DNA of 36,287 bases from an uncultured Candidatus Saccharibacteria bacterium (GTDB lineage: Bacteria > Patescibacteriota > Saccharimonadia > Saccharimonadales > UBA4665), in assembly GCA_964560755.1 (NCBI GenBank), contig CAZLLY010000004.1:1-36287 (forward strand), in the 5' to 3' direction. The position numbers and the translations under genes are program-made. Below are positions 16,572-25,306 of this stretch, piece by piece; position 1 is the first letter of the stretch, and every line of letters starts with the position of its first letter. The notes beneath the pieces are model-generated. The model was not told the DNA's origin and ran no database searches. It saw only the letters and a list, made by a program, of their open reading frames with translations.

Positions 16572-18484
16572 TGGCCAAGCAAAAACTCGACCCAGTGGCA
16601 GTAGCCCAACAGCAGCAAGCCCGCGAACAAGCAGAGGTTGCGGAGGCATTTCGTAAAGGCGTCACCGCCCTTCGAGATTTCATCGCACCAAGTAGCATCG
16701 ACTTTTTTGGCAACTATTTCCAGATTGGCACCCGTTTTGCCCGCACTTACTACGTCTACGGCTATCCAAGGCAAATTTTTACCGGTTGGCTCAGCGGGCT
16801 CGTCAACCTCGACGAAGTCATCGACATTTCTATTTATGTATATCCTGTTGAGAGCCAGGTCGTGCTCGACAACCTACGCAAAAAAGTAACTCAGCTCGAG
16901 GCCGGTCTACAGATCGATGCAGAAAAAGGCCGCGTGCGCGACCCCGCCAAACAGGCTGCCATCCTCGATGCCGAAGAAATGCGCGACAAACTACAGGTCG
17001 GAGAAGAGCGATTCTTCCGTTTTGGGCTGTACTTTACCATCTACGGAAACAGCCTCGAGGAGCTCGAGTTCATCACACACAAGGTTGAGAGTATGCTGGG
17101 CCAACAACTTGTTTACAGCAAGCCAGCGACCAGCCAACAAGAGCAGGGACTAAACAGTGTCGTCCCTCAGATGACCGACCAATTACAGATTAGACGCAAC
17201 ATGAGCACCGGCGCTATTAGTACAAGTTTTCCGTTTACAAGCGCCGACCTGACCCAAGAAAACGGCATTTTGTACGGCATAAATATGCATAACAGTGGCC
17301 TCGTCATCTTTGACCGGTTTACCCTAGAAAACGGCAACTCGGTTGTTTTTGCAAAGTCTGGCGCGGGTAAATCTTTCACCGTAAAACTCGAGGCGCTCCG
17401 TAGCCTGATGTTTGGCACTGAGATAATCATCATCGACCCAGAAAATGAATACGAGCGGATGTGCGACGCAGTCGGTGGTGCATATGTTCGCCTGAGTCTC
17501 AACAGCACGACGCGCATAAACCCCTTCGATCTGCCAAAAGTCGTCGATACCGAAGAGGCAGATAACGCGCTTCGATCAAACCTTATCACCCTACACGGGC
17601 TACTCAGGCTCATGATGGGCGGCGCACAGGCACAGATGATGGGCGGTAATTCGATGGTTATGCCTGCGCTTGCTCCAAGTGAAGAGGCCGACCTCGACGA
17701 GGCACTCATAAACACCTACGGCAAAGCGGGGATTACACAGGACCCTCTGACACACACCGGCATGCCGCCAACCATTAGCGACCTCTATGACACCCTCCTG
17801 CATATGGGAGGAAATGGGCCGCAACTCGCTCAGCGCCTCAGAAAATACACCAGCGGTACGTTTGCGGGTATATTCAGCCAGCAAAGCAATATAGACATCA
17901 ATAATCCACTCGTTGTTTTTAACGTACGCGACCTCGAGGATGAGCTACGCCCCGTTGCGATGTATATTGTCCTAAACTACATCTGGAACAAGACAAAGAG
18001 CGACCAAAAGCGCCGCATCCTGATCGTCGACGAGGCTTGGCAGCTCATGAAGTACGAAGATAGCGCAAATTTCCTGTTTAGTTTGGCAAAACGCGCTCGC
18101 AAATATAACCTCGGTATTACCACCATCACCCAAGACGTCGAAGACTTTATGGGTAGCCGAATGGGTCGAGCCATCGTCGCTAATGCCAGCATGCAAATTC
18201 TACTCAAGCAATCACCAAGCGCCATCGACGTATTGTCAGACGTATTCAAGCTAACAAGCGAGGAAAAAAAGCGTCTGGCGCAGTTCCCGGTCGGCCAAGG
18301 CTTGTTTTTTGCTGGGCAAAATCACGTCCATATTCAAGTCATCGCCAGCCCAACCGAAACCAGCCTTATTACGACTAACCCTGGGCAGATTCAGGCTATG
18401 CAGCAAGGTGACCTCAACCAGCCGCAGGGCACCATAGACTTAAACAACCAGCTTACGCCTGGTAGTATGAATAATTTCTCATGA
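16571..18484 (+). CDS. virB4: VirB4-family T4SS ATPase (middle domain + AAA ATPase domain)
   Basis: This is a 637-aa ORF. The stretch FIAPSSIDFFGNYFQIGTRFARTYYVYGYPRQIFTGWLSGLVNLDEVIDISIYVYP is typical of the VirB4 middle region. Walker A is FAKSGAGKSFTVK and Walker B is RRILIVDEAWQLM. At 637 aa it is shorter than typical VirB4 proteins of about 780-830 aa. Confidence 0.85.
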   Translation: MAKQKLDPVAVAQQQQAREQAEVAEAFRKGVTALRDFIAPSSIDFFGNYFQIGTRFARTYYVYGYPRQIFTGWLSGLVNLDEVIDISIYVYPVESQVVLDNLRKKVTQLEAGLQIDAEKGRVRDPAKQAAILDAEEMRDKLQVGEERFFRFGLYFTIYGNSLEELEFITHKVESMLGQQLVYSKPATSQQEQGLNSVVPQMTDQLQIRRNMSTGAISTSFPFTSADLTQENGILYGINMHNSGLVIFDRFTLENGNSVVFAKSGAGKSFTVKLEALRSLMFGTEIIIIDPENEYERMCDAVGGAYVRLSLNSTTRINPFDLPKVVDTEEADNALRSNLITLHGLLRLMMGGAQAQMMGGNSMVMPALAPSEEADLDEALINTYGKAGITQDPLTHTGMPPTISDLYDTLLHMGGNGPQLAQRLRKYTSGTFAGIFSQQSNIDINNPLVVFNVRDLEDELRPVAMYIVLNYIWNKTKSDQKRRILIVDEAWQLMKYEDSANFLFSLAKRARKYNLGITTITQDVEDFMGSRMGRAIVANASMQILLKQSPSAIDVLSDVFKLTSEEKKRLAQFPVGQGLFFAGQNHVHIQVIASPTETSLITTNPGQIQAMQQGDLNQPQGTIDLNNQLTPGSMNNFS

Positions 18485-18494
18485 GGAGTGTAGT

Positions 18495-21446
18495 GTGTCT
18501 ACGTTGTTAGATAATGATACAGACAGACAGAACGGGGTGTACGACAGCGACGCCGACATCGCTCGCCGCGAGCGTGGTATAAGCGCCGCCCAAGACGGAG
18601 CGCCGACTGATGCAATTGACATGTCTGCGTTCGAGCAAGACTTCGCGGGAAACAACGGCAGCGACAACGGTAGCAGTAACGGAGGAGGCGAAGATCCAGA
18701 AAAAAAAGCGGCTGAGGGATATGATTCTGCAGAATCCCCCTGGAAAACAAGTCTGGACGGTTCGCAGCCCGGAAAAAAACAGTCAAAAATAAAGATGTTC
18801 ATGAAAAAGCGGACAACATCCTTCGTTGCCGGCACCGTACTCTTTGGGATCATACTCGGCGGCGGAGCAGTAATACCAACACTAGAATCGTTTCACCTCA
18901 TACACTATGCCGAGACTCTCAAAAAGATACTTGCGCCAAGAACCGTACAAAAAAATACAAAAATTACAAAGCTGTATCGATGGATTCGTAACCCAGATGA
19001 CGTTGGTCGAACTCGGCTTACCATACTCCAAAACAGAAACCACCCAAAGCTTATTAAAAGCCTAACAGCTAGTGGGATCACTGTAGTTTCCGATGGAAGA
19101 TTAGGATATATGAGAGCGATCTCAATCGATCCCAGGAAACTCCCCAAATATAAAGGGCTTACCATGGAGGCGCTAAAATATCGGCTCGCCGAAGATTATG
19201 GCATTCCAAGATCGAAAATCACCGGTTCGGAAGGGGGGAACGCACGAGCCCTCATTGACTCTGTTCCGCAAAAAATCCAGAGGCAGATTATTGCAGATAT
19301 GGTCGAGTCAAGCGGGAAAGGTAAGGTGGGAGCGTTTTTCATGCAAAGACATCTTCGCAACTACTATAAAGTACCGACAATGTTTCACCCATTTAGAAGG
19401 CTTGAGGCCAAGCTAGAAGGCAAGATAAACACATGGCTTATAAATGCAGAGAAAAAACGGCAAAAAGTCCTCTCGGAGCGCAGGGAGCAAGCTAGGCAAA
19501 AACTAAAAGAGTTTCGAGCCAACCATGGTAGTGCGCTCAGAACGGTTGGTGCAAGCTTAATGATAGTAGGGTTTGCGTGTATGGTTCGAGATTTTTCAGC
19601 AGATATATCCGAACTAAACAGGGCAAACTTTATTGAGCCGGGTGCGATGTCCGGTAACGATGCCCTCGGTATGGGGGACCAGATTGAGGCAGATACCGAC
19701 CTTAATGACTTAAACGTTACCGCAGCTGTGTCGAATTTTTATGATTCAAAAGGGTTATCCCCACTTGACGCACCAGAGTTCAAAACACTGAACGGAACCT
19801 ACAACTATACTTCACTCAATACCGGTGACACCACCTACGACGATGCATATACTTCAGGCAGGAAACTACTCGTAAACGGATTCAGCTATGACAGCCCCAT
19901 AAAAGCAGCTGCTCGGTTTGTCAACGAAAAACTCGCCGGTGAGGCAATATGTAACCCTGTGGCACAAGCAGTCCAGCTCGCCATCGGAACCGCCCTATTT
20001 GTTGTTTCCGCACCCTCTGGTGGTGCGCTCGTTATCGGCGTTGCAAAAGGAGTTGTAGCCGGAGCAATTATAGGGGTCGGCATGAATGCCGCTGCACAAT
20101 GGGTAGCTGGTGAAGTGCCCGATATTACCCCTCACAAGGGCCCCTTGGGGGGTGCCCAGGACGTATACGGTCTCATCACCTCCTCTAATGCGGTAAATGC
20201 CTCGGGGGGTGGCAGTTTTCTGTCTACTCAGGCAACGACCGACCTCATGTACGCCGCCGCACAAAATGAAGCGCGTGAAATAAAATCTCAAAGCATTGCT
20301 AGTCGGCTATTTAACCCCAAAAGCTACAGCTCCATCTCGGGGAAAATTATAGATGGTATTAGCCCAAGTAGTACAAAAAATCTTGCCACACTCTCAAGCT
20401 CGTTTGCATCAATAGGCAGTACTCTCATTTCCTTGCCATCAAAACTATTTAGTGCTAGAGCTAGTGCGGCAGACTCCACAAACTATATCAGCGCCCTGAA
20501 TACTAGACTCGTGGGATTATCGCCAACCGTTGAGGCTATCGAAAACCCCGACAAGAGCGCCAATGAGCTAGCGGGGATATTTAAGTCGGCAGATCCGATT
20601 ACCCTCAACAACTACAAGACGAAAACAATGACCTGTACTGGCCGCGATATAGGCTTCCAGACAGACGCATCAACCGGGACAGAGTACCTCGACGCAAAAT
20701 ACTCTACGCTGCCAGACTTATATTCAGACACCTATGCGACCGCTGGGTGTGCTGACGACGGGGACAAAACATGGGTTATGATAAAAGATTTTATCGACAG
20801 TGTGCAGGCTTCAGATGAACTGTATTGCCTCGATACTTACATAAAGGATTCCGAAGCGTGCGACCACGGGGGGATGGGTTCGAACGCGTCTACTGTCGCA
20901 CCATCTCCTGCACCCGAGGCCGGATCTGGCGCCATAGGACCGGCAACGCTCCCAAGGGCGCAGGGTAGTTGGGGTGGGTATATAAACGGCAAACTAGGTG
21001 GGTCGGGGTCAGAAGACTATAAAAAAGTCTTGAAACCCATATCATCTGTCGGTCTTAAAGGTTGCAGCGGAAGCATCAGCGTGCCATATCTGCATCCTAA
21101 CGCCGCAGTGGCCGTAAAAGCACTCGATGACGCGTACACCAAGAAGTTTGGCTATGGACTCATATTTGAAAGCTGTTATCGAACGTACGATCAACAACAA
21201 ACGGCCTGGAGTAGGTATCAAAGTGGGGGAAATAAAGCCGCTAGACCAGGAACCTCAAACCACGGTTGGGGCCTAGCGATAGACGTTGCCATGACAAAAT
21301 ATGGTGGCTTTAGCTCACCAAATTACAAATGGTTGGCAGAAAACGGACCAAGCTTTGGGTTTAGAACGGGCGTTGTGAGCGGCGAACCATGGCACATCGA
21401 GTACGCCCGTCCAGTATCAGCAGAAAGCGAGACCAGTAGCTTATGA
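18495..21446 (+). CDS. Large membrane protein with a C-terminal M15B/VanY-type D-Ala-D-Ala carboxypeptidase-family domain
   Basis: This 983-aa ORF starts at a GTG, with GAGGAG 5 nt upstream. The N-terminus is acidic and G/S/N-rich. TM helices include TTSFVAGTVLFGIILGGGAVI, LRTVGASLMIVGFACMV and a glycine-rich hydrophobic block, IGTALFVVSAPSGGALVIGVAKGVVAGAIIGVGM. The C-terminus (nt about 21057-21420) reads SCYRTYDQQ...ARPGTSNHGWGLAIDV...GEPWHIEY, matching the SxxRxxxxQ / SxHxxGxAxD / EPWH pattern of VanY-family zinc peptidases. Confidence 0.75.
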   Translation: MSTLLDNDTDRQNGVYDSDADIARRERGISAAQDGAPTDAIDMSAFEQDFAGNNGSDNGSSNGGGEDPEKKAAEGYDSAESPWKTSLDGSQPGKKQSKIKMFMKKRTTSFVAGTVLFGIILGGGAVIPTLESFHLIHYAETLKKILAPRTVQKNTKITKLYRWIRNPDDVGRTRLTILQNRNHPKLIKSLTASGITVVSDGRLGYMRAISIDPRKLPKYKGLTMEALKYRLAEDYGIPRSKITGSEGGNARALIDSVPQKIQRQIIADMVESSGKGKVGAFFMQRHLRNYYKVPTMFHPFRRLEAKLEGKINTWLINAEKKRQKVLSERREQARQKLKEFRANHGSALRTVGASLMIVGFACMVRDFSADISELNRANFIEPGAMSGNDALGMGDQIEADTDLNDLNVTAAVSNFYDSKGLSPLDAPEFKTLNGTYNYTSLNTGDTTYDDAYTSGRKLLVNGFSYDSPIKAAARFVNEKLAGEAICNPVAQAVQLAIGTALFVVSAPSGGALVIGVAKGVVAGAIIGVGMNAAAQWVAGEVPDITPHKGPLGGAQDVYGLITSSNAVNASGGGSFLSTQATTDLMYAAAQNEAREIKSQSIASRLFNPKSYSSISGKIIDGISPSSTKNLATLSSSFASIGSTLISLPSKLFSARASAADSTNYISALNTRLVGLSPTVEAIENPDKSANELAGIFKSADPITLNNYKTKTMTCTGRDIGFQTDASTGTEYLDAKYSTLPDLYSDTYATAGCADDGDKTWVMIKDFIDSVQASDELYCLDTYIKDSEACDHGGMGSNASTVAPSPAPEAGSGAIGPATLPRAQGSWGGYINGKLGGSGSEDYKKVLKPISSVGLKGCSGSISVPYLHPNAAVAVKALDDAYTKKFGYGLIFESCYRTYDQQQTAWSRYQSGGNKAARPGTSNHGWGLAIDVAMTKYGGFSSPNYKWLAENGPSFGFRTGVVSGEPWHIEYARPVSAESETSSL

Positions 21447-22771
21447 GTATTTCCCGCGGAAGCTTGTTGATCTCGGCTCGGTTCTCATTAGTTTTATTCC
21501 TGTGTTTGATAGTATTACTTTCACCATTATCGAGTGTCGTATATGCGCTTTCAGACGAACAATACAATGTCATAAGTAAAGGCATATATGCGTTCGACGT
21601 CGATATACCAAGCTGCGTCACATCGACCGATCAAGCATATATCGACCAGCTGGGGTCTTCGGACACAGGCGTTCCGTCTGCAGATGTCAAAGAATGGGTT
21701 GAAAAATATGGTAAACAGGCCTACGAGACTGGCCAGAAATATCACCTTCCTTACGTTGCAATTCTTGCTCAGGCAGCGCTCGAATCGGGATGGGGAAGGT
21801 CTGGGCTCACGAGAAAAGCAAACAATTTCTTCGGAATCAAGGCGGGAAGTTCTTGGGATGGTGAGGTTGTGTATATGGACACCGGAGAACAAACTAAGAC
21901 AGGTGAATCATACACTCAAAAAGGCGCCGCTTTTCGTAAGTACCCAACAGCGCAAGATGGATTTGACGGGTATGGGAAGTTCATAACCGAGAATAGCCGC
22001 TACAAAAAAGCACTTGCTTATCCAAACGACCCTGCAAAATATATCTCTGAGATAAAGGCGGCAGGATATGCAACCGATGTTAAATATGTCAGTAAAAACG
22101 TCAGCCTCCAACAAAAAATTGAGTCACATATTGTCTCACTGAATAACCCTTCGTTACCTGCGTCAAAAAACGTAGTGTTTTCCACGCCTAACCCAGTTGC
22201 TTCTGGGGGTACCGACGGTACAAGTACCCCTACGGATAGTTGTTCGGTCACTAACCCCGAAACACCTGGTGGGGCAGTAACGATCGTAGGTGATAAAGCA
22301 TTTCCCCTCGCAGTCTCAAGCAGAAAAGAAGTGTTGAACCCCAAATCATACAGCAACAGCACTGTGCACGTAACGTACAAGGCGAATGACATTCTCGCAA
22401 AAAAAGGAACGAGGGTTGTTGCGATGGTTGGGGGCAAAATAAGGGTTTCTCCGAACACCGACGCGTGTAGCACACGGTTCGTACAGATATATAACCCGAC
22501 TAGCAATATTACCGTCACAAACATGCACCTTAGCGGTGATATAGCCGTGAAGTCAGGGGAGACTGTTACGGCCGGTGCTGCGATCGGCTACATAACCCCA
22601 GGAGTTAACAAGCCTGGGTATAGTGGGGGTTGTGGCGTTTCACATCTACATATCGACGCCGTAAAGGGGCAAAAGCGCCCCAGTTGCTCAAGAATGGGAT
22701 GTAGTAACTCGTCGGTTTTCGTCAGCCTAGGCGACGAACTCACTAAACTCTATAACGCTCTGCCGAAATAG
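21443..22771 (+). CDS. Secreted bifunctional cell-wall hydrolase: N-acetylglucosaminidase (FlgJ/LytD-type) domain + M23/LytM-like domain
   Basis: This 442-aa ORF overlaps the previous gene by 4 nt (ATGA). It starts with a signal/anchor segment (LISARFSLVLFLCLIVLLSPLSSVVYA). The glucosaminidase motif is AILAQAALESGWGRSGLTRKANNFFGIKAG (nt about 21690-22100). The C-terminal M23-like region is GTRVVAMVGGKI...VKSGETVTAGAAIGYI...GGCGVSHLHID (nt about 22295-22735). The expected first HxxxD zinc motif appears as YKAND. Confidence 0.75.
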   Translation: MSISRGSLLISARFSLVLFLCLIVLLSPLSSVVYALSDEQYNVISKGIYAFDVDIPSCVTSTDQAYIDQLGSSDTGVPSADVKEWVEKYGKQAYETGQKYHLPYVAILAQAALESGWGRSGLTRKANNFFGIKAGSSWDGEVVYMDTGEQTKTGESYTQKGAAFRKYPTAQDGFDGYGKFITENSRYKKALAYPNDPAKYISEIKAAGYATDVKYVSKNVSLQQKIESHIVSLNNPSLPASKNVVFSTPNPVASGGTDGTSTPTDSCSVTNPETPGGAVTIVGDKAFPLAVSSRKEVLNPKSYSNSTVHVTYKANDILAKKGTRVVAMVGGKIRVSPNTDACSTRFVQIYNPTSNITVTNMHLSGDIAVKSGETVTAGAAIGYITPGVNKPGYSGGCGVSHLHIDAVKGQKRPSCSRMGCSNSSVFVSLGDELTKLYNALPK

Positions 22772-22780
22772 GAGGTACCC

Positions 22781-24187
22781 ATGCAAAATTCATACTACAA
22801 CGCTATGAGTCAAAGAAAAATTACCAGTATCCTCAAATTTTTTGGTGCTATTGTAATACTTATCATCGTTGTTGTAACTCTATTTTCTATCCAAACAAGT
22901 TCATCACCAACTATTACGAAACTACCTATCGGCCATGATGTTTCTGCGGATTTAAATGATAATGAAGTGGTGTCGTTCAACGGTGTTAGTTTTGCAAAAT
23001 ATGATTTGAATACCAACAAATCTACGGTTTTGTTGTCCGGATCTTTGTGGCCGAAGTTTGGTAGTATTAACTGGGCAGGGGATTCAGGTGCGTTTGTTAC
23101 GGTCAACGGATCAATCTATGCAACTCCTTTTGAACAATTCGCCGACCAATATGATCTTTATAGTTATAGTAATGATGATCTAGCGAATAACTTCCTGTGG
23201 TATATCGATTTTACTTCCGGGTCTGTACGCCTCATCAGCAACCAAACAGTGCTTGAAAGGTCATATTATTATGACGCGAAAACCGAATCAGCATATTTTA
23301 GCGAAGTAGCCGAAGCTGAATCAGAGGGCGGAGAACCATCGCTTCGAACTGTTTTGAAAAAATATACGGTGCGCGACATGTCGTTAACATCTACTCTAAC
23401 AGTGCCTTTGACGTCCAATATATCCATCAATCCCTGTGGGGAAACTCAGCTATGTGTATATGGAGAAAAGTTAGATGGCGTATACGAACTAGGCCTGGTT
23501 TCCGATACAGCGTACACTGCGAAAAAAACCGTAGTTGGTAGGGTAGTCACCTCGTCAACCCCAGATATTTTCTATCTACTAACAGCCCTTTCCTCGAACG
23601 ATGAGATGCAGTTATCCGAAGACAGTGCTGGTATTGTTGGAAACTACTCAGTGTCTCAATATATCCTGAGTACAAATAATGAGATGAAGCTCCCCATCAC
23701 TATTGATTCATTAGACCAAATAGTTGCTTTTCCAAATGGAGAGTCGCACATATTCACAAAACTTGGTGCTACCGGAACTGAAACCATTAACCGCTCAAAA
23801 ACACTACTTGGCATAACACGGACTACCACCAAAGAGAACGTGGGCCTTTCACCAACATTTATGTCTAAGTTCGTGGAGACCCCTGAAGGGCGCGGTTTGT
23901 TGGTGCACGATATAACCGGTGATTATTATTATATCGGAAGTGGTGATGTCAAAATTGCACAAAGTACCGCCGTTGAATCGACCATTACGTCGTGTACTAA
24001 TACATATGGTTTGGGGTTAGTAAATAATAGCGGCTCCTATATCGTACGGTTTGTCGAGTCGGGCTCAACACAGTCTGATATTTCTGCATTTAGCACTTGC
24101 GTAAATAAAACACCCGAAACGTCATTACAGGCTAGCCTTGATATCATACTATCTGCGTACACAGATGGGCCTGCATTAAACATTTAG
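22781..24187 (+). CDS. N-terminally anchored extracytoplasmic protein, unknown function (AT-rich gene)
   Basis: This 468-aa ORF has a strong RBS (AGGAGG 6 nt upstream). It has one N-terminal TM helix (ILKFFGAIVILIIVVVTLFSI), and the rest is rich in S/T/N/Y and beta-strand-like. GC is visibly lower than in neighbouring genes: one 60-nt line I counted was 32% GC, against 58% for a polA line. It is the last gene of the T4SS-like operon. Confidence 0.6.
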   Translation: MQNSYYNAMSQRKITSILKFFGAIVILIIVVVTLFSIQTSSSPTITKLPIGHDVSADLNDNEVVSFNGVSFAKYDLNTNKSTVLLSGSLWPKFGSINWAGDSGAFVTVNGSIYATPFEQFADQYDLYSYSNDDLANNFLWYIDFTSGSVRLISNQTVLERSYYYDAKTESAYFSEVAEAESEGGEPSLRTVLKKYTVRDMSLTSTLTVPLTSNISINPCGETQLCVYGEKLDGVYELGLVSDTAYTAKKTVVGRVVTSSTPDIFYLLTALSSNDEMQLSEDSAGIVGNYSVSQYILSTNNEMKLPITIDSLDQIVAFPNGESHIFTKLGATGTETINRSKTLLGITRTTTKENVGLSPTFMSKFVETPEGRGLLVHDITGDYYYIGSGDVKIAQSTAVESTITSCTNTYGLGLVNNSGSYIVRFVESGSTQSDISAFSTCVNKTPETSLQASLDIILSAYTDGPALNI

Positions 24188-25233
24188 CCTAGCGGCAGTA
24201 TTGTACTATCAGTAAAGTGTTTTATAACCACGTCGGCGTCGGTGGTGGTTAAAAATGTTTGGTGCGATTGTAGGTAACTGGTTAGGGCTCTACGCCGCGC
24301 ACCGTCTAGCTCGCTAAATACGTCGTCGAGCAGTAACACGGGCGTTATACCCCTAGCTTTTTCAATAAACTCAAGTTCGATGATTTTTAACCCTAAAATG
24401 ACCGTTCTCGTCTCGCCCCGACTCGCAGCATCAGTGGCGGCATGCCCGTTCATAGACACTGCGACGTCCTCGCGGTGGGGTCCGTATGCCGTGAAACCAC
24501 GCGCCACGTCACGGTCGATCGCAGTTTCGAGAGTATGTAACAAGGTAGATTCATATGATTCGGGTAAAAATTGCGATTTATATGAGATAGACACCTCTGT
24601 ATCCGAATGAGACAGGGTTTTATAGAGTTCATATAGCTTTGGAGCTATTTCTGCTATTAGTTCGCCCCGCGAGCGTGATATGACCGCTCCCAGTTCACTC
24701 AGACGTAAATCCCACGGAAATAATTCTTCGCGACTGGTGCGGCCGCGCTTGAGCAAAGCATTGCGCTGTGCAAGCACGCGGCGGTAATTGCGACGAAAAC
24801 TCGCGTAACCCGGTTTGGTTTGCTCGAGTATGTCGTCGAGATATTGGCGTCGAAACTCTGGGGCACCGTGCAGTAGTTGTAAGTGGTTTGGCTCAAATAA
24901 AACCACTGGAAGTGTATGGTCGTGCGTTAGGCGGAGATATTTTTTTTCATCAAACTCAAATGATTTTTGCTGTTTTGGCTCAGTGACTATTTTAACCGTA
25001 CGAGTCGAATCTACGTCAGTCCTTGCGTCCAAACGCATCCACGGCGCACCAAAAGCTATGAGCTCGGCGTCATTCACCCTATACGACCCGCCGACCAACA
25101 CAACCTGTATCGCCTCGAGTAAGTTCGTCTTCCCGCTGCCGTTCGGCCCAACGATGATATTCACCCCTTCACCAAACTCAAAGCTTGCGTCGATGTACGA
25201 GCGATAATTTTGTAGCCTAATATCACACAGCAT
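24184..25233 (-). CDS. recF: DNA replication and repair protein RecF
   Basis: This is a 349-aa ORF. It has an N-terminal Walker A motif (NIIVGPNGSGKTNLLEAI), a C-terminal Walker B/D-loop (VLLLDDVFSELD), and the conserved position downstream of dnaN. Confidence 0.95.
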   Translation of the reverse strand: MLCDIRLQNYRSYIDASFEFGEGVNIIVGPNGSGKTNLLEAIQVVLVGGSYRVNDAELIAFGAPWMRLDARTDVDSTRTVKIVTEPKQQKSFEFDEKKYLRLTHDHTLPVVLFEPNHLQLLHGAPEFRRQYLDDILEQTKPGYASFRRNYRRVLAQRNALLKRGRTSREELFPWDLRLSELGAVISRSRGELIAEIAPKLYELYKTLSHSDTEVSISYKSQFLPESYESTLLHTLETAIDRDVARGFTAYGPHREDVAVSMNGHAATDAASRGETRTVILGLKIIELEFIEKARGITPVLLLDDVFSELDGARRRALTSYLQSHQTFLTTTDADVVIKHFTDSTILPLG

Positions 25234-25260
25234 TGTTTATAGTATACGCAGTCTTTATGT

Positions 25261-25306
25261 TTTTACCTGGGATTATATATTAACAGAGGTGAGTTTTACT
25301 TCATTT
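25261..25306 (+). repeat. 46-bp intergenic motif, copy 2
   Basis: The sequence is ttttacctgggattatatattaacagaggtgagttttacttcattt. It fills the dnaN-recF spacer, and its last 2 nt overlap the dnaN stop codon. It differs from the reverse complement of copy 3 at 2 of 46 positions. Confidence 0.85.
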
